NCBI GenBank assembly: GCA_965261945.1
Contig: CBDHEF010000002.1
Span: forward strand, 1,999,327 to 2,063,326
Direction of reading: 5' to 3'
Source of the DNA: Dehalococcoidia bacterium
GTDB taxonomy: Bacteria; Chloroflexota; Dehalococcoidia; Lucifugimonadales; UBA3495
Length of the DNA: 64,000 bases
The position numbers were made by a program, and so were the translations under genes. Shown here piece after piece: positions 7,914 to 16,177 of the stretch. The notes under the pieces are model-generated. The model saw only the letters and a program-made list of their open reading frames with translations. It made no database searches and had not been told where the DNA came from. Within the stretch, counting starts at the first letter, position 1; each line of letters starts with the position of its first letter.

Positions 7914-9548
7914 ATGAATGTAAACGATGCGGTAGCCCGAATTCTGAAGACCGAGGGCGTTGAATGGGTCTCATGTTTTCCCTCCAATAACCTGATTGAG
8001 TCGGCGGCCAAGGAAGGGATTCGCACTGTACTGTTCCGGCAGGAACGGGGGGCGCTGATGGCCGCCGACGGATACAGCAGGATGAACGACCGGCGCAAGT
8101 TCGGCGTGGCCATCACGCAGGGCGGCCCCGGCTCGGAGAACTCCCACGGGGGCATCGCCCAGGCCTTCTCTGACAACATTCCCATCCTGTATATCACGGG
8201 CGGGCCGGCCTTGGGCCAGTACGCCGTGCGGCCCAACTTCTCCCCCGTGCGTTCATACCAGTCGGTGTCGAAGCACGGCGAGGTCATTACCGCTCCGGGG
8301 CAGGTCGCGGCGGCGATGCGGCGGGCCTTTCATAACCTGCGCAACGGACGTGCGGGCCCAGTGATCCTGGAAATCCCCGCCGACGTGGGCGGGCAGGAGG
8401 TCCCGGAGGCGGCCCTGGCCTACCAGCCGCCCAAGCGTCTGCTCCAGTCTCCTTCCCGTGGCGACGTGGCCGAGGCGGCCCGGTTGCTGCTGAACGCCCG
8501 GAAGCCGGTCATCTGGTCAGGGATGGGCGTCCTTTTTGCCTCGGCGACCGAGGAATTGCGGGAACTGGCCGAGCTGACCCAGATCCCGGTGTACACCACC
8601 ATGCCGGGCAAGTCCTCCTTCGACGAGCGGCACCCCCTGTCGCTGGGAGCGGGCAGCGGCGCCACGTCCCTCCCCGCCCGCAAGTGGCTCCAGGAGTCGG
8701 ACGTGCTGTTCGCCGTGGGGTCGAGCATGACCCGCACCAGCTACGGGCAGCCCATTCCAGACGGCAAGGTCATCATCCACAACGTCGAGAGCATCGAGGA
8801 CATCAACAAGGACTTCTCCGTCGATGTCGGACTGCCCGGCGACGCCCGGCTCACCCTACAGGCGCTGATTGACGAGGTGAAGGCCCAAGTCGGGGAGTCC
8901 GGGCGGCCCGCCAACGGCGTCGCCGAGGAGATAGCAGACGTGCGCAGGGGCTGGCTGGCGGAGTGGGCGCCGCTGCTGGAGACTGACGAGGTGCCCATCG
9001 GCGCCTACCGGGTGATTAACGAGCTGGAGCGGAACCTGGACAAGGAAAACAGCGTGGTCACCCATGACGCCGGGGCGCCCCGCGACTCCATCATCCCCTT
9101 CTACACCGCCACCACGCCCCACAGCTACATCGGCTGGGGCAAGTCCACCCACCTGGGCTACGGCATTCCGCTGATGATCGGGGCTAAGATGGCCGAGCCA
9201 GACCGCTTCTGCCTGAACTTCATGGGCGACGGCGCTTTCGGAATGTCGGGGCTGGACATCGAGACCTCGGTGCGAGCCGGGGCGCCCATCACCACCGTCG
9301 TGCTGAACAACGGCGGCATGGCCACCTACCCCGGCGGTTACCCCGTCGCCAACGAGCTGTTCGGGCTGACCCGCATGGGCGGCGACTACGCCAAGATAGC
9401 CGAGGGCCTGGGAGCCGTGGGCATCACCGTCACCCAGCCGTCGGAAGTCGGCCCGGCCCTGGTCAGGGCCCAACAACTGAACCGCGACGGCCGCACCGTG
9501 CTGCTCGACATTCACACCAACATGGAAGGCCGAAAGTCCACGTTCTAA
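7914..9548 (+). CDS. Thiamine-pyrophosphate-dependent enzyme (acetolactate synthase large-subunit-like)
   Basis: MNVNDAVARILKTEGVEWVSCFPSNNLIESAAKEGIRTVLFRQERGALMAADGYSR...ITQGGPGSENSHGGIAQAFSDNIPILYITGG, plus the C-terminal GDGAFGMSGLDIETSVRAGAPITTVVLNNGG TPP-binding motif. Confidence 0.85.
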   Translation: MNVNDAVARILKTEGVEWVSCFPSNNLIESAAKEGIRTVLFRQERGALMAADGYSRMNDRRKFGVAITQGGPGSENSHGGIAQAFSDNIPILYITGGPALGQYAVRPNFSPVRSYQSVSKHGEVITAPGQVAAAMRRAFHNLRNGRAGPVILEIPADVGGQEVPEAALAYQPPKRLLQSPSRGDVAEAARLLLNARKPVIWSGMGVLFASATEELRELAELTQIPVYTTMPGKSSFDERHPLSLGAGSGATSLPARKWLQESDVLFAVGSSMTRTSYGQPIPDGKVIIHNVESIEDINKDFSVDVGLPGDARLTLQALIDEVKAQVGESGRPANGVAEEIADVRRGWLAEWAPLLETDEVPIGAYRVINELERNLDKENSVVTHDAGAPRDSIIPFYTATTPHSYIGWGKSTHLGYGIPLMIGAKMAEPDRFCLNFMGDGAFGMSGLDIETSVRAGAPITTVVLNNGGMATYPGGYPVANELFGLTRMGGDYAKIAEGLGAVGITVTQPSEVGPALVRAQQLNRDGRTVLLDIHTNMEGRKSTF

Positions 9549-9586
9549 ATCTCACCACGTTCTAATCTCACATGGATGGAGGAGTT

Positions 9587-10018
9587 ATGACACTGCCCGG
9601 AACGCCGCCGGTTGCCACCGACCTGGTGCATCACATCGGCATCGCCGTCGCCAGCCTGGACGAGAGCATTGAGTTCTACCGGGGCCTGTTCGGCTTCAAG
9701 CCCGGCCAGATCATCGTCCGCGAGGACATCGGTGTGCGCGGCTGCTTCGTGCCGGTGGGCGAGACCAACCTGGAACTGCTGGAGGGCACCGGCCCCGACA
9801 GCCTGATCACCACCCACATCGCGCAGCGGGGCGAGGGCCTGCACCACGTCTGCTTCGAGGTGGAGGGAATCGCCGACAAGCTGAAGACGCTGGACGACCT
9901 CGGCGTCCGCCTCATAGACAAGGCGCCGCGCACCGGCCTCATGGGAGGAGACATCGGTTTCATGCACCCGTCGGCGGCCCACGGCGTCCTGATAGAACTG
10001 GCCCAGCACGGTCACTAA
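9587..10018 (+). CDS. mce: Methylmalonyl-CoA epimerase-like VOC family protein
   Basis: LVHHIGIAVASLDESIEFYRGLFGF...NLELLEGTGPDSLITTHIAQRGEGLHHVCFEVEGI...GFMHPSAAHGVLIELAQ. GGAGGAG precedes the ATG at 9587. Confidence 0.7.
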   Translation: MTLPGTPPVATDLVHHIGIAVASLDESIEFYRGLFGFKPGQIIVREDIGVRGCFVPVGETNLELLEGTGPDSLITTHIAQRGEGLHHVCFEVEGIADKLKTLDDLGVRLIDKAPRTGLMGGDIGFMHPSAAHGVLIELAQHGH

Positions 10019-10201
10019 ACTGGGGACAGGCGTTCCCACGGACCTGTCCTCCGGCAGGCACGGTATTAACGGCCGGGGGCTTGTGGCGCTTGTTACAGGC
10101 CCCGGCCGTGTGCGGAGTCTTTCAGCGTCCAGTGTCTTTTATAAAAGGAATTATATCTTTGTGTCCATTAACCGCCACTCAGAGAAAATTGCGGAAGTCC
10201 C

Positions 10202-10399
10202 TCATTGCACTACGGCAATCAACACCACCATGACCGACGTAACGACGGCGATTACCATCGCTACCAGCCAGCGATGGCGCCATTGATCGATGGTCCCTGG
10301 ATTGTCATCAAGATACCAGAACAGGAACCATACAAGAGGCGAGACGAAAAGCAGCATCATCATTAGCGCGAACCGGAGCATTGGGCGCCGGTTCTTCAT
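10202..10399 (-). CDS. Small two-TM membrane protein (passenger ORF, hypothetical)
   Basis: MKNRRPMLRFALMMMLLFVSPLVWFLFWYLDD...WLVAMVIAVVTSVMVVLIAVVQ. The longer track ORF (to 10492) contains a perfect 21-bp tandem duplication (HLGTDAQ x2). Confidence 0.4.
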   Translation of the reverse strand: MKNRRPMLRFALMMMLLFVSPLVWFLFWYLDDNPGTIDQWRHRWLVAMVIAVVTSVMVVLIAVVQ

Positions 10400-10726
10400 C
10401 TCGTGTTCTTGCCCTTCCTCCTGTTGGGCATCTGTGCCAAGATGTTGGGCATCTGTGCCAAGATGGTCGGGTGGGGACATCTGGCAATTCATGGGGAACC
10501 CCCTTGCGGCTGTCGAGGCTGAGCGATTGCTGAAGCCGCCTGACCCCGGTCATTGGGCTGCAAGGGGGCAAGTTGCCCCGCCACACATGTACCCGAATGA
10601 CCGGAAAGGGAGTAACCTAAAATTCAGGAGGCTTCAGCGAGGGGATTCTAACTCGCAACGGTGAGGTTGACAAGCGGGCAACCTATCCTTGAGACTGGAG
10701 GGGGTGGAAGGCTACAGGAAACAGTT

Positions 10727-10900
10727 ATGCCGAAAGTCAAGAAACAGCGGGGCCGCCCGGTCAAGTACCCAAGGCCGGAGCGGATTGACGCCAGCCCGGA
10801 GGAGATCGCCGAGGTGGTGCTGAGGGCCAAGCCAAAGAAGGTCTGGCGGTTTGAGGAGAGGCGGAAGGGAGAGACGGGAACCGAGGTAACAACCGACTAG
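10727..10900 (+). CDS. Small basic protein with an AT-hook-like RGRP motif (hypothetical)
   Basis: MPKVKKQRGRPVKYPRPERIDASPEEIAEVVLRAKPKKVWRFEERRKGETGTEVTTD. The start is taken at the internal ATG of track ORF 10661..10900. Confidence 0.4.
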   Translation: MPKVKKQRGRPVKYPRPERIDASPEEIAEVVLRAKPKKVWRFEERRKGETGTEVTTD

Positions 10901-10910
10901 GCCCGACAAC

Positions 10911-11321
10911 GTGATTAACACCTTTTGGGAGTGGTGGTCTAATCATTGGCTCCGGTTTCAAGCGATAGCCGCCCCGATAGGTTCGCTCCTAGTAACGCTT
11001 GGGTTATCACAGATTGAAAGCGTGGGGTGGTGGTGGAATTCTTGGAACGAGCTGGAAGTAGCAGCCAGCTTCGCATCCATTGGGGTTCTGTTTTATACAG
11101 CGTCCTTTGCGTCGCTCGAAATGGTGGTGATACTCATGGTCTTGGGTTGGAAAGTAAAGGAATACTTCAGCAAAAAGGAAAAAGAGGCGAACAAAGAGCT
11201 TCTCCGCAGTATGGCTAAATCGGGAGACATCGACCTTAACAGAGTTTCTGACACTACCTTGCGCAGACTTGGCCTAAGTAGATCTGACCTGAAGGAACTA
11301 CGGCAAGAGCAGCTAGTCTAA
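10911..11321 (+). CDS. Hypothetical membrane protein (passenger ORF)
   Basis: Trp-rich N-terminus with about 3 TM segments (AIAAPIGSLLVTLGL, VAASFASIGVLFYTASFASLEMVVILMVLGW) and a charged C-tail. GTG start. Low GC. Confidence 0.45.
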   Translation: MINTFWEWWSNHWLRFQAIAAPIGSLLVTLGLSQIESVGWWWNSWNELEVAASFASIGVLFYTASFASLEMVVILMVLGWKVKEYFSKKEKEANKELLRSMAKSGDIDLNRVSDTTLRRLGLSRSDLKELRQEQLV

Positions 11322-12265
11322 TCCGCGGTCAAAGCACCATAGGTCAACCGCTTCCCCTCTGCACCCTTCACCATCGCCGCCATCTGGTCCGCCGTGTCCA
11401 TCGGCCTTACGTTGTGCCTATCCTCAAACTCACTGGCGTACCGCCCCAGGTGCTTAACCGAGATATGGTGGTAAACCCCGTCGATCCCCCGCTTGAACGT
11501 AGCCCAATGGCTCTCCATCCCGTTTGTATGAGCCATCCCCCGGACGTACTCGCCAGCACCGTGAGCGACAGCCTCATGGTGTCGGGGAATGCCCGTATAC
11601 GCCGATGCCTCGTCGGTGTAGACCACCGCATCCTCGGTTGTGTGCTTCAACATGAATCCTTGGAGCGTGGCCTTGTTGGTGGATTCCACGACCTCGGTGT
11701 GGACCTGGCTGGTCTTCCGGTCCTTGACCCCGACCACCGGAGCCTTCCCCACGGCCCCGCGCCCAGCCCGGAGCTTCTTGTCCTCGTGCTTGTTCTTCTC
11801 CAGCCCGCCGATGTAGGTCTCGTCGGCCTCGACCGGGCCAGCGAATTTCTCGGCGGTTTCGTCTTCCCAGGTCTCGCGGATGCGGTGCTCCATGAACCAG
11901 GCCGACTTCTGTGTAATGCCCAAGTCCCGGTGCAGCTTCATGGAGCTGACGCCCTTCAGGTTGGTGGACATCAGGTAGAACGCCAGCGCCCATTTCCGCA
12001 GTGGAATCTTGGAATCCTCCATGATGGTGCCGACCTTGACCGTGAAGTCATACTTGCAGGCGTTGCAGTGATACACCGGGGTTGTGCGGGTGGACTTGCG
12101 GCGCGCCACCCTATCGCTTTCACATTCGAGACACCGGATGCCGTCCAGCCAGCGGCGGGCCACGAACCAATCATTGGCCTTCTCGCCGTCGCCGAACTGC
12201 TCCAGGGCGTCAAGGAGGCTGATGCCCTTGCGGTAGTGTTTGCCGGGGGCGTTTTTTGCGGCCAT
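11318..12265 (-). CDS. IS1595 family transposase (ISXO2-like DDE domain with N-terminal zinc ribbon)
   Basis: WLDGIRCLECESDRVARRKSTRTTPVYHCNACKYDFTVKVGTIMEDSKIPLRKWALAFYLMSTNLKGVSSMKLHRDLGITQKSAWFMEHRIR...ADETYIGG...VYTDEASAYTGI...HTNGMESHWATFKRGIDGVYHHISVKHLGRYASEF. Confidence 0.9.
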   Translation of the reverse strand: MAAKNAPGKHYRKGISLLDALEQFGDGEKANDWFVARRWLDGIRCLECESDRVARRKSTRTTPVYHCNACKYDFTVKVGTIMEDSKIPLRKWALAFYLMSTNLKGVSSMKLHRDLGITQKSAWFMEHRIRETWEDETAEKFAGPVEADETYIGGLEKNKHEDKKLRAGRGAVGKAPVVGVKDRKTSQVHTEVVESTNKATLQGFMLKHTTEDAVVYTDEASAYTGIPRHHEAVAHGAGEYVRGMAHTNGMESHWATFKRGIDGVYHHISVKHLGRYASEFEDRHNVRPMDTADQMAAMVKGAEGKRLTYGALTAD

Positions 12266-12366
12266 TTCGCTCGCTTTCCTATCTGATTTATGGCCGTATT
12301 GTACACCAGATGGGGTGGTGAGTCAAGCGAAAATGTACACAAGGATATAATTCCCTTTATAAAATT

Positions 12367-12478
12367 CTCTCCTACTTCGGGAGGGGGAGGGTTAGGGTGA
12401 GGGCGTCTCCGAGTGGGAAGAAACCGTTGCTGGCGCTAAGGATTCCACCCCAGCCCTCCCCTTCAGGGAATAGGGAGA
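12367..12478. repeat. Family-A REP-like element (gagggg/ggttagggtgagg half-sites)
   Basis: ctctcctacttcgggagggggagggttagggtgagggcg ... ccaccccagccctccccttcagggaatagggaga. This is the same motif family as 19551-19675 and 44620-44754. Confidence 0.6.
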
Positions 12479-12781
12479 ACTTTCAACACCCTGGACCGCG
12501 CCGCGCTCTGATTGACAACGCGGCTCAGGCGATGGTACGTTTTTCGTTGGCTGACTGGCGCGCGGGCGTTTTGCGGGAGCGAAACGTGGCGCCGCCGGAT
12601 TACCACTGCATCCATCATGTGCGGGCCGGGCGGAGCGCCATTCAACCCCGGTCAGGAGCGTCTGCCGTCGGCTGTCCATGGGCCTTATACGTATCTTGCC
12701 GCCTTCACCTCCCCTTCCCGACCCCGGTCTGATGCCCGGGGGAAAGTTGCTTTCCATTTGGTTCCTATATGGGGGACTCGC

Positions 12782-13783
12782 GTGGCGGTAGCCGTGGGCG
12801 GGCGGTTTCGGGCGGGCAGCGTCGGCGCGGAAGGTTGGTTTCGGGGGCTGGCCTGGGCCACGACGGCATCGGTCTTCGCCATGCTGATCCTCGGCGGCGT
12901 GGTGCGGGTCACCGAGTCGGGCCTGGGCTGCGGCGACGACTGGCCGCTGTGTTCCGGCCAATGGTTGCCGCCGCTGGAAACGAAGGCCATCATAGAGTAC
13001 GCCCACCGGATTGCAGCTTCCTTCCTGGTGGGGCCGCTGGTTGCCGCGACGTTTGTCGGGGCTTGGGTGCGCTACCGAGGGGAGCCGTGGATATTCTGGC
13101 CATCCCTTGCCGCCCTGGTCCTGGTCATCGTGCAGGCCCTGCTGGGCGCGGCGGCCGTGGTAACCGAGCTTTCGGCCCATACCGTGATGACGCACCTGGC
13201 CGTGGGCGAATTGACGCTGGCCTGTTGTGTTCTGATACTGGTCATGTCCTACCGTGGCGGGATGCAGGCGGAATCGCCGGCGTGGGCTGTGGGCAAGGCG
13301 CGGCTCTTCCCTCCGCTGTCTCTGGCGGCCGCGGGGGCGCTGTTCCTGCTGCTGCTGTCGGGTTCCTACCTGACCAACACCGCCTCGGCCACCTGGGCCT
13401 GCCCGTCGTGGCCGCTGTGCAGCAACGAGTGGGGCGGCGTGTTTCCCGGCGGTAAGCTGGCGCTGATTCACATGGCGCATCGCTACGTGGCCCTGATAGC
13501 CGGCCTCTTGGTGATTTATGCGCTGCACCTGGGGTTCCGGCGGCCTTCCACTGGCTCAGGACAGCGGCAGCCGCCCGTGGTACGATTGCTGTCCATGGCG
13601 GCGCTGGCGCTGTTCGCCGCGCAGGTTCTGGCCGGGGCCGGGGTAATCTGGGCCGGGTTTGGCCGGGACGTGGAGTTGCGGGCGCTGCACCTGGCGCTGG
13701 CCTCCGGGGTCTGGGCCTGCGCCGCCGCGCTGGCCACGCTGAGCTACTCCCGCGAATCGAGTTCTTCCACTGGCTCAGGATGA
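12782..13783 (+). CDS. ctaA: Heme A synthase (COX15/CtaA)
   Basis: MLILGGVVRVTESGLGCGDDWPLCSGQWLPP...IEYAHRIAASFLV...TWACPSWPLCSNEWGG...ALIHMAHRYVALIAG. The start is proposed at an in-frame GTG (12782) after GGGGGA. The track ORF begins at 12512. Confidence 0.8.
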   Translation: MAVAVGGRFRAGSVGAEGWFRGLAWATTASVFAMLILGGVVRVTESGLGCGDDWPLCSGQWLPPLETKAIIEYAHRIAASFLVGPLVAATFVGAWVRYRGEPWIFWPSLAALVLVIVQALLGAAAVVTELSAHTVMTHLAVGELTLACCVLILVMSYRGGMQAESPAWAVGKARLFPPLSLAAAGALFLLLLSGSYLTNTASATWACPSWPLCSNEWGGVFPGGKLALIHMAHRYVALIAGLLVIYALHLGFRRPSTGSGQRQPPVVRLLSMAALALFAAQVLAGAGVIWAGFGRDVELRALHLALASGVWACAAALATLSYSRESSSSTGSG

Positions 13784-13784
13784 A

Positions 13785-14774
13785 ATGGCTGACCAAGCCG
13801 GACATATAGAGATGGAAATGGAAAACCCCGCCACGAATGCCGCCGCAGATTCCCACCCGGAAACCGGGCGGCGGGAGCGGAGCGGCATTACGGGGCTTCT
13901 GGCCGACTACCTGGCCCTGACCAAGCCGCCCATCATCTCGCTGCTGCTGGTGACCGCCATCGGCGGGATGTTCCTGGCTTCCAGGCACGTCGGAGGATCG
14001 GGAGTTCCCGATCTGCTGACATTGCTGCTGGTCTGTGTGGGCGGCGCCCTGGGGGCCGGGGGCGCCAACGCCATTAACCACTACCTTGACCAGGACATCG
14101 ACGCGCTGATGTCCCGAACGGCGCAGCGTCCGGTGCCGGGGCGCCGGATTCGCCCGCTGATGGCGCTGGCCTTCGGCATCGCGTTGAACGTGGCCGCCTT
14201 CGCCGTGCTGTTCTACGGGGTGAATCTGTTGGCGGCGGCGCTGACTCTGGCGGCGACGCTGTTCTACGTGCTGGTATACACCGGCTGGCTCAAGCGCAGC
14301 ACGCCGCAGAACATCGTCATCGGCGGCGCGGCGGGCAGCATCCCGCCGGCGGTGGGCTGGGTGGCGGTGACCGGGAGCTTCGACCTGCCCGCGCTCTATA
14401 TGTTCGCCATCATCTTCTTCTGGACGCCGCCCCACTTCTGGGCGCTGTCGCTGCTGCTACAGAAGGACTACGAGCGCGCCGGGGTGCCGATGCTGCCGGT
14501 GGTGGCCGGGCCGGAAAAGACGGTGAGCAACATCTTCGCCTACTCCCTGGTGCTGGTGGCCCTGACCCTGGTGTTCGCCGCCACCGGAGCGGTGGGCGCC
14601 ATTTACCTGTTCTCGGCGGTTGTCCTGGGCGCTGCCTTCATCTGGGCAGCCTGGCGGCTGCTGCGGCATCAGAACCGGCAGAAGGCCCGCAACCTGTACC
14701 TCTACTCTCTGCTCTACCTGGCCCTGCTGTTCGGCGCGATGATGGCCGACGGCGTCTACCGCCTGTGGCTCTGA
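13785..14774 (+). CDS. ctaB: Protoheme IX farnesyltransferase (heme O synthase)
   Basis: LADYLALTKPPIISLLLVTAIGGMF...GANAINHYLDQDIDALMSRTAQRPVPGRRI...NIVIGGAAGSIPPAVGWVAV...FFWTPPHFWALSLL. The ATG lies 1 nt after the ctaA stop. Confidence 0.9.
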   Translation: MADQAGHIEMEMENPATNAAADSHPETGRRERSGITGLLADYLALTKPPIISLLLVTAIGGMFLASRHVGGSGVPDLLTLLLVCVGGALGAGGANAINHYLDQDIDALMSRTAQRPVPGRRIRPLMALAFGIALNVAAFAVLFYGVNLLAAALTLAATLFYVLVYTGWLKRSTPQNIVIGGAAGSIPPAVGWVAVTGSFDLPALYMFAIIFFWTPPHFWALSLLLQKDYERAGVPMLPVVAGPEKTVSNIFAYSLVLVALTLVFAATGAVGAIYLFSAVVLGAAFIWAAWRLLRHQNRQKARNLYLYSLLYLALLFGAMMADGVYRLWL

Positions 14775-14961
14775 GCCGCCGGGTGGTCGCGGCCGCCTGA
14801 CGCCATCCCGCCTCGATCGTGTTATCCGGCGGGAAAAGGGCTGAAATTCGCTGGCAGTCCCGGGCAGAAAAAGCGCCTTACCCGCAACCGCCTTACCCGC
14901 AACTGTATCAGAGAGAAATCCACTGAATCCCTGAACCCAATCTCACCGAGGAGGCAGTCCG

Positions 14962-16035
14962 ATGGCAGTACCGGAACAGGTCAGCGTGGAAGAGGCCCAG
15001 GAGTATTACGACACCGCCGACCGCATCCGCATCAAGCCCGGCTGGATGCAGGGAGAGGGCCAACCCATGCCCGAAATCGAACCCTTCCTGTGGCGCTGGT
15101 CGCAGGTGGAGCCGCTGGTACTGAAGAGCGGCGAGCTGGTGACTCCCGACCGGGACGTGGAGCGGCGCACCCTGCGCCTGGCCACGCCGGGGATAGACCG
15201 GGGCACCACCCACACCATCACCGCGGCCCTGCAACTGCTGCTGCCCGGCGAGAACGCCCCCGCCCATCGCCACACCCCCACGGCCATCCGGTGGGTGCTG
15301 AAGGGTCAGGGCGCCTACACCACCGTCGAGGGCGACAAATGCTACATGGAGCCCGGCGACCTGATTCTCACCCCGTCCTGGACCTGGCACGACCACAACA
15401 ACGAGGGTTCGGAGCCGATGATCTGGCTGGACGGCCTGGATGTTCCCCTGGTGCGCTATCTCAGGGCCAACTTCTACGAGGCCTATCCCGAAGACCAGCA
15501 GCCGATCGTCGGCGTGGCCGAGTCGGAGAGGAAGTTCGCCTCCGGCGCCCTCCGTCCGGCGTGGGAGAGTCCCAGCGCGCCTTACTCTCCGTTGTGGCAC
15601 TACAAGTGGGACAAGACCTACGAGGCCCTGCAACGCCTGGCGGAGGTTGACGCCAGCCCTTTCGACGACGTGGCGATGGAGTTCAGCGACCCGGTGACCG
15701 GCGGGCCGGTGCTGCGTTCCATAACCTGCTGGGCCCAGCTCATCCGGCCCGGCATCCGCACCCAGGCGCACCGCCAGACCAGTTGCGCCGTCTACCAGGT
15801 GTACCAGGGCGAGGGATACAGCGTCATCGACGGCCAGCGGTTCGACTGGAACGAGGGCGACTTCTTCGTGGCGCCGCCGTGGGCCTGGCATGAGCACGCC
15901 AACGACTCGGGCAGGGAGGCCGTGCTGTTCTCCATCCAGGACATCCCGGTGATGAAGTACCTGGCCCTCTACCGGGAAGAGCCTTACACGGAAAACGCGG
16001 GCCATCAGCCGGTGACCAGCCGCTTTACGGGATAG
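14962..16035 (+). CDS. Bicupin dioxygenase (gentisate 1,2-dioxygenase-like)
   Basis: ALQLLLPGENAPAHRHTPTAIRWVLKGQGAYTTVEGDKCYMEPGDLILTPSWTWHDH, plus a second cupin (AHRQTSCAVYQVYQGEGYSVIDGQRFDWNEGDFFVAPPWAWHEH). Confidence 0.75.
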   Translation: MAVPEQVSVEEAQEYYDTADRIRIKPGWMQGEGQPMPEIEPFLWRWSQVEPLVLKSGELVTPDRDVERRTLRLATPGIDRGTTHTITAALQLLLPGENAPAHRHTPTAIRWVLKGQGAYTTVEGDKCYMEPGDLILTPSWTWHDHNNEGSEPMIWLDGLDVPLVRYLRANFYEAYPEDQQPIVGVAESERKFASGALRPAWESPSAPYSPLWHYKWDKTYEALQRLAEVDASPFDDVAMEFSDPVTGGPVLRSITCWAQLIRPGIRTQAHRQTSCAVYQVYQGEGYSVIDGQRFDWNEGDFFVAPPWAWHEHANDSGREAVLFSIQDIPVMKYLALYREEPYTENAGHQPVTSRFTG

Positions 16036-16067
16036 CGGCAGGCTAAGCTCACCGGGTGAACGCATGA

Positions 16068-16095
16068 ACAGGGGCGCACAGTCGTGCGCCCCTGT
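16068..16095. terminator. Perfect 12-bp GC hairpin between convergent genes
   Basis: acaggggcgcac-agtc-gtgcgcccctgt lies between the stop codons at 16035 (+) and 16178 (-). Confidence 0.55.
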
Positions 16096-16177
16096 GGGTT
16101 CTTCGGGGCAACCGCCCCGCCATTCGCGGCTGCATCCTACTCGGTCTCCACCCTGCTCGAACTACTCGGCCTCCACC

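Larger units (their letters stand above)
10137..12364. mobile_element. IS1595-family insertion element (2.2 kb) with 28-bp terminal inverted repeats and three passenger ORFs
   Basis: ttttataaaaggaattatatctttgtgt (10137-10164) matches the reverse complement of acacaaggatataattccctttataaaa (12337-12364) at 26/28 positions. The element encloses the transposase 11318..12265 and visibly lower-GC DNA. I found no flanking target duplication. Confidence 0.75.

Noticed and set aside
12392-14435. Long minus-strand ORFs (12392..13528, 378 aa; 13242..14435, 397 aa) rich in Arg/Pro/Gly
   Set aside because: Antisense to ctaA and ctaB, whose translations carry strong family motifs. The composition is non-protein-like.
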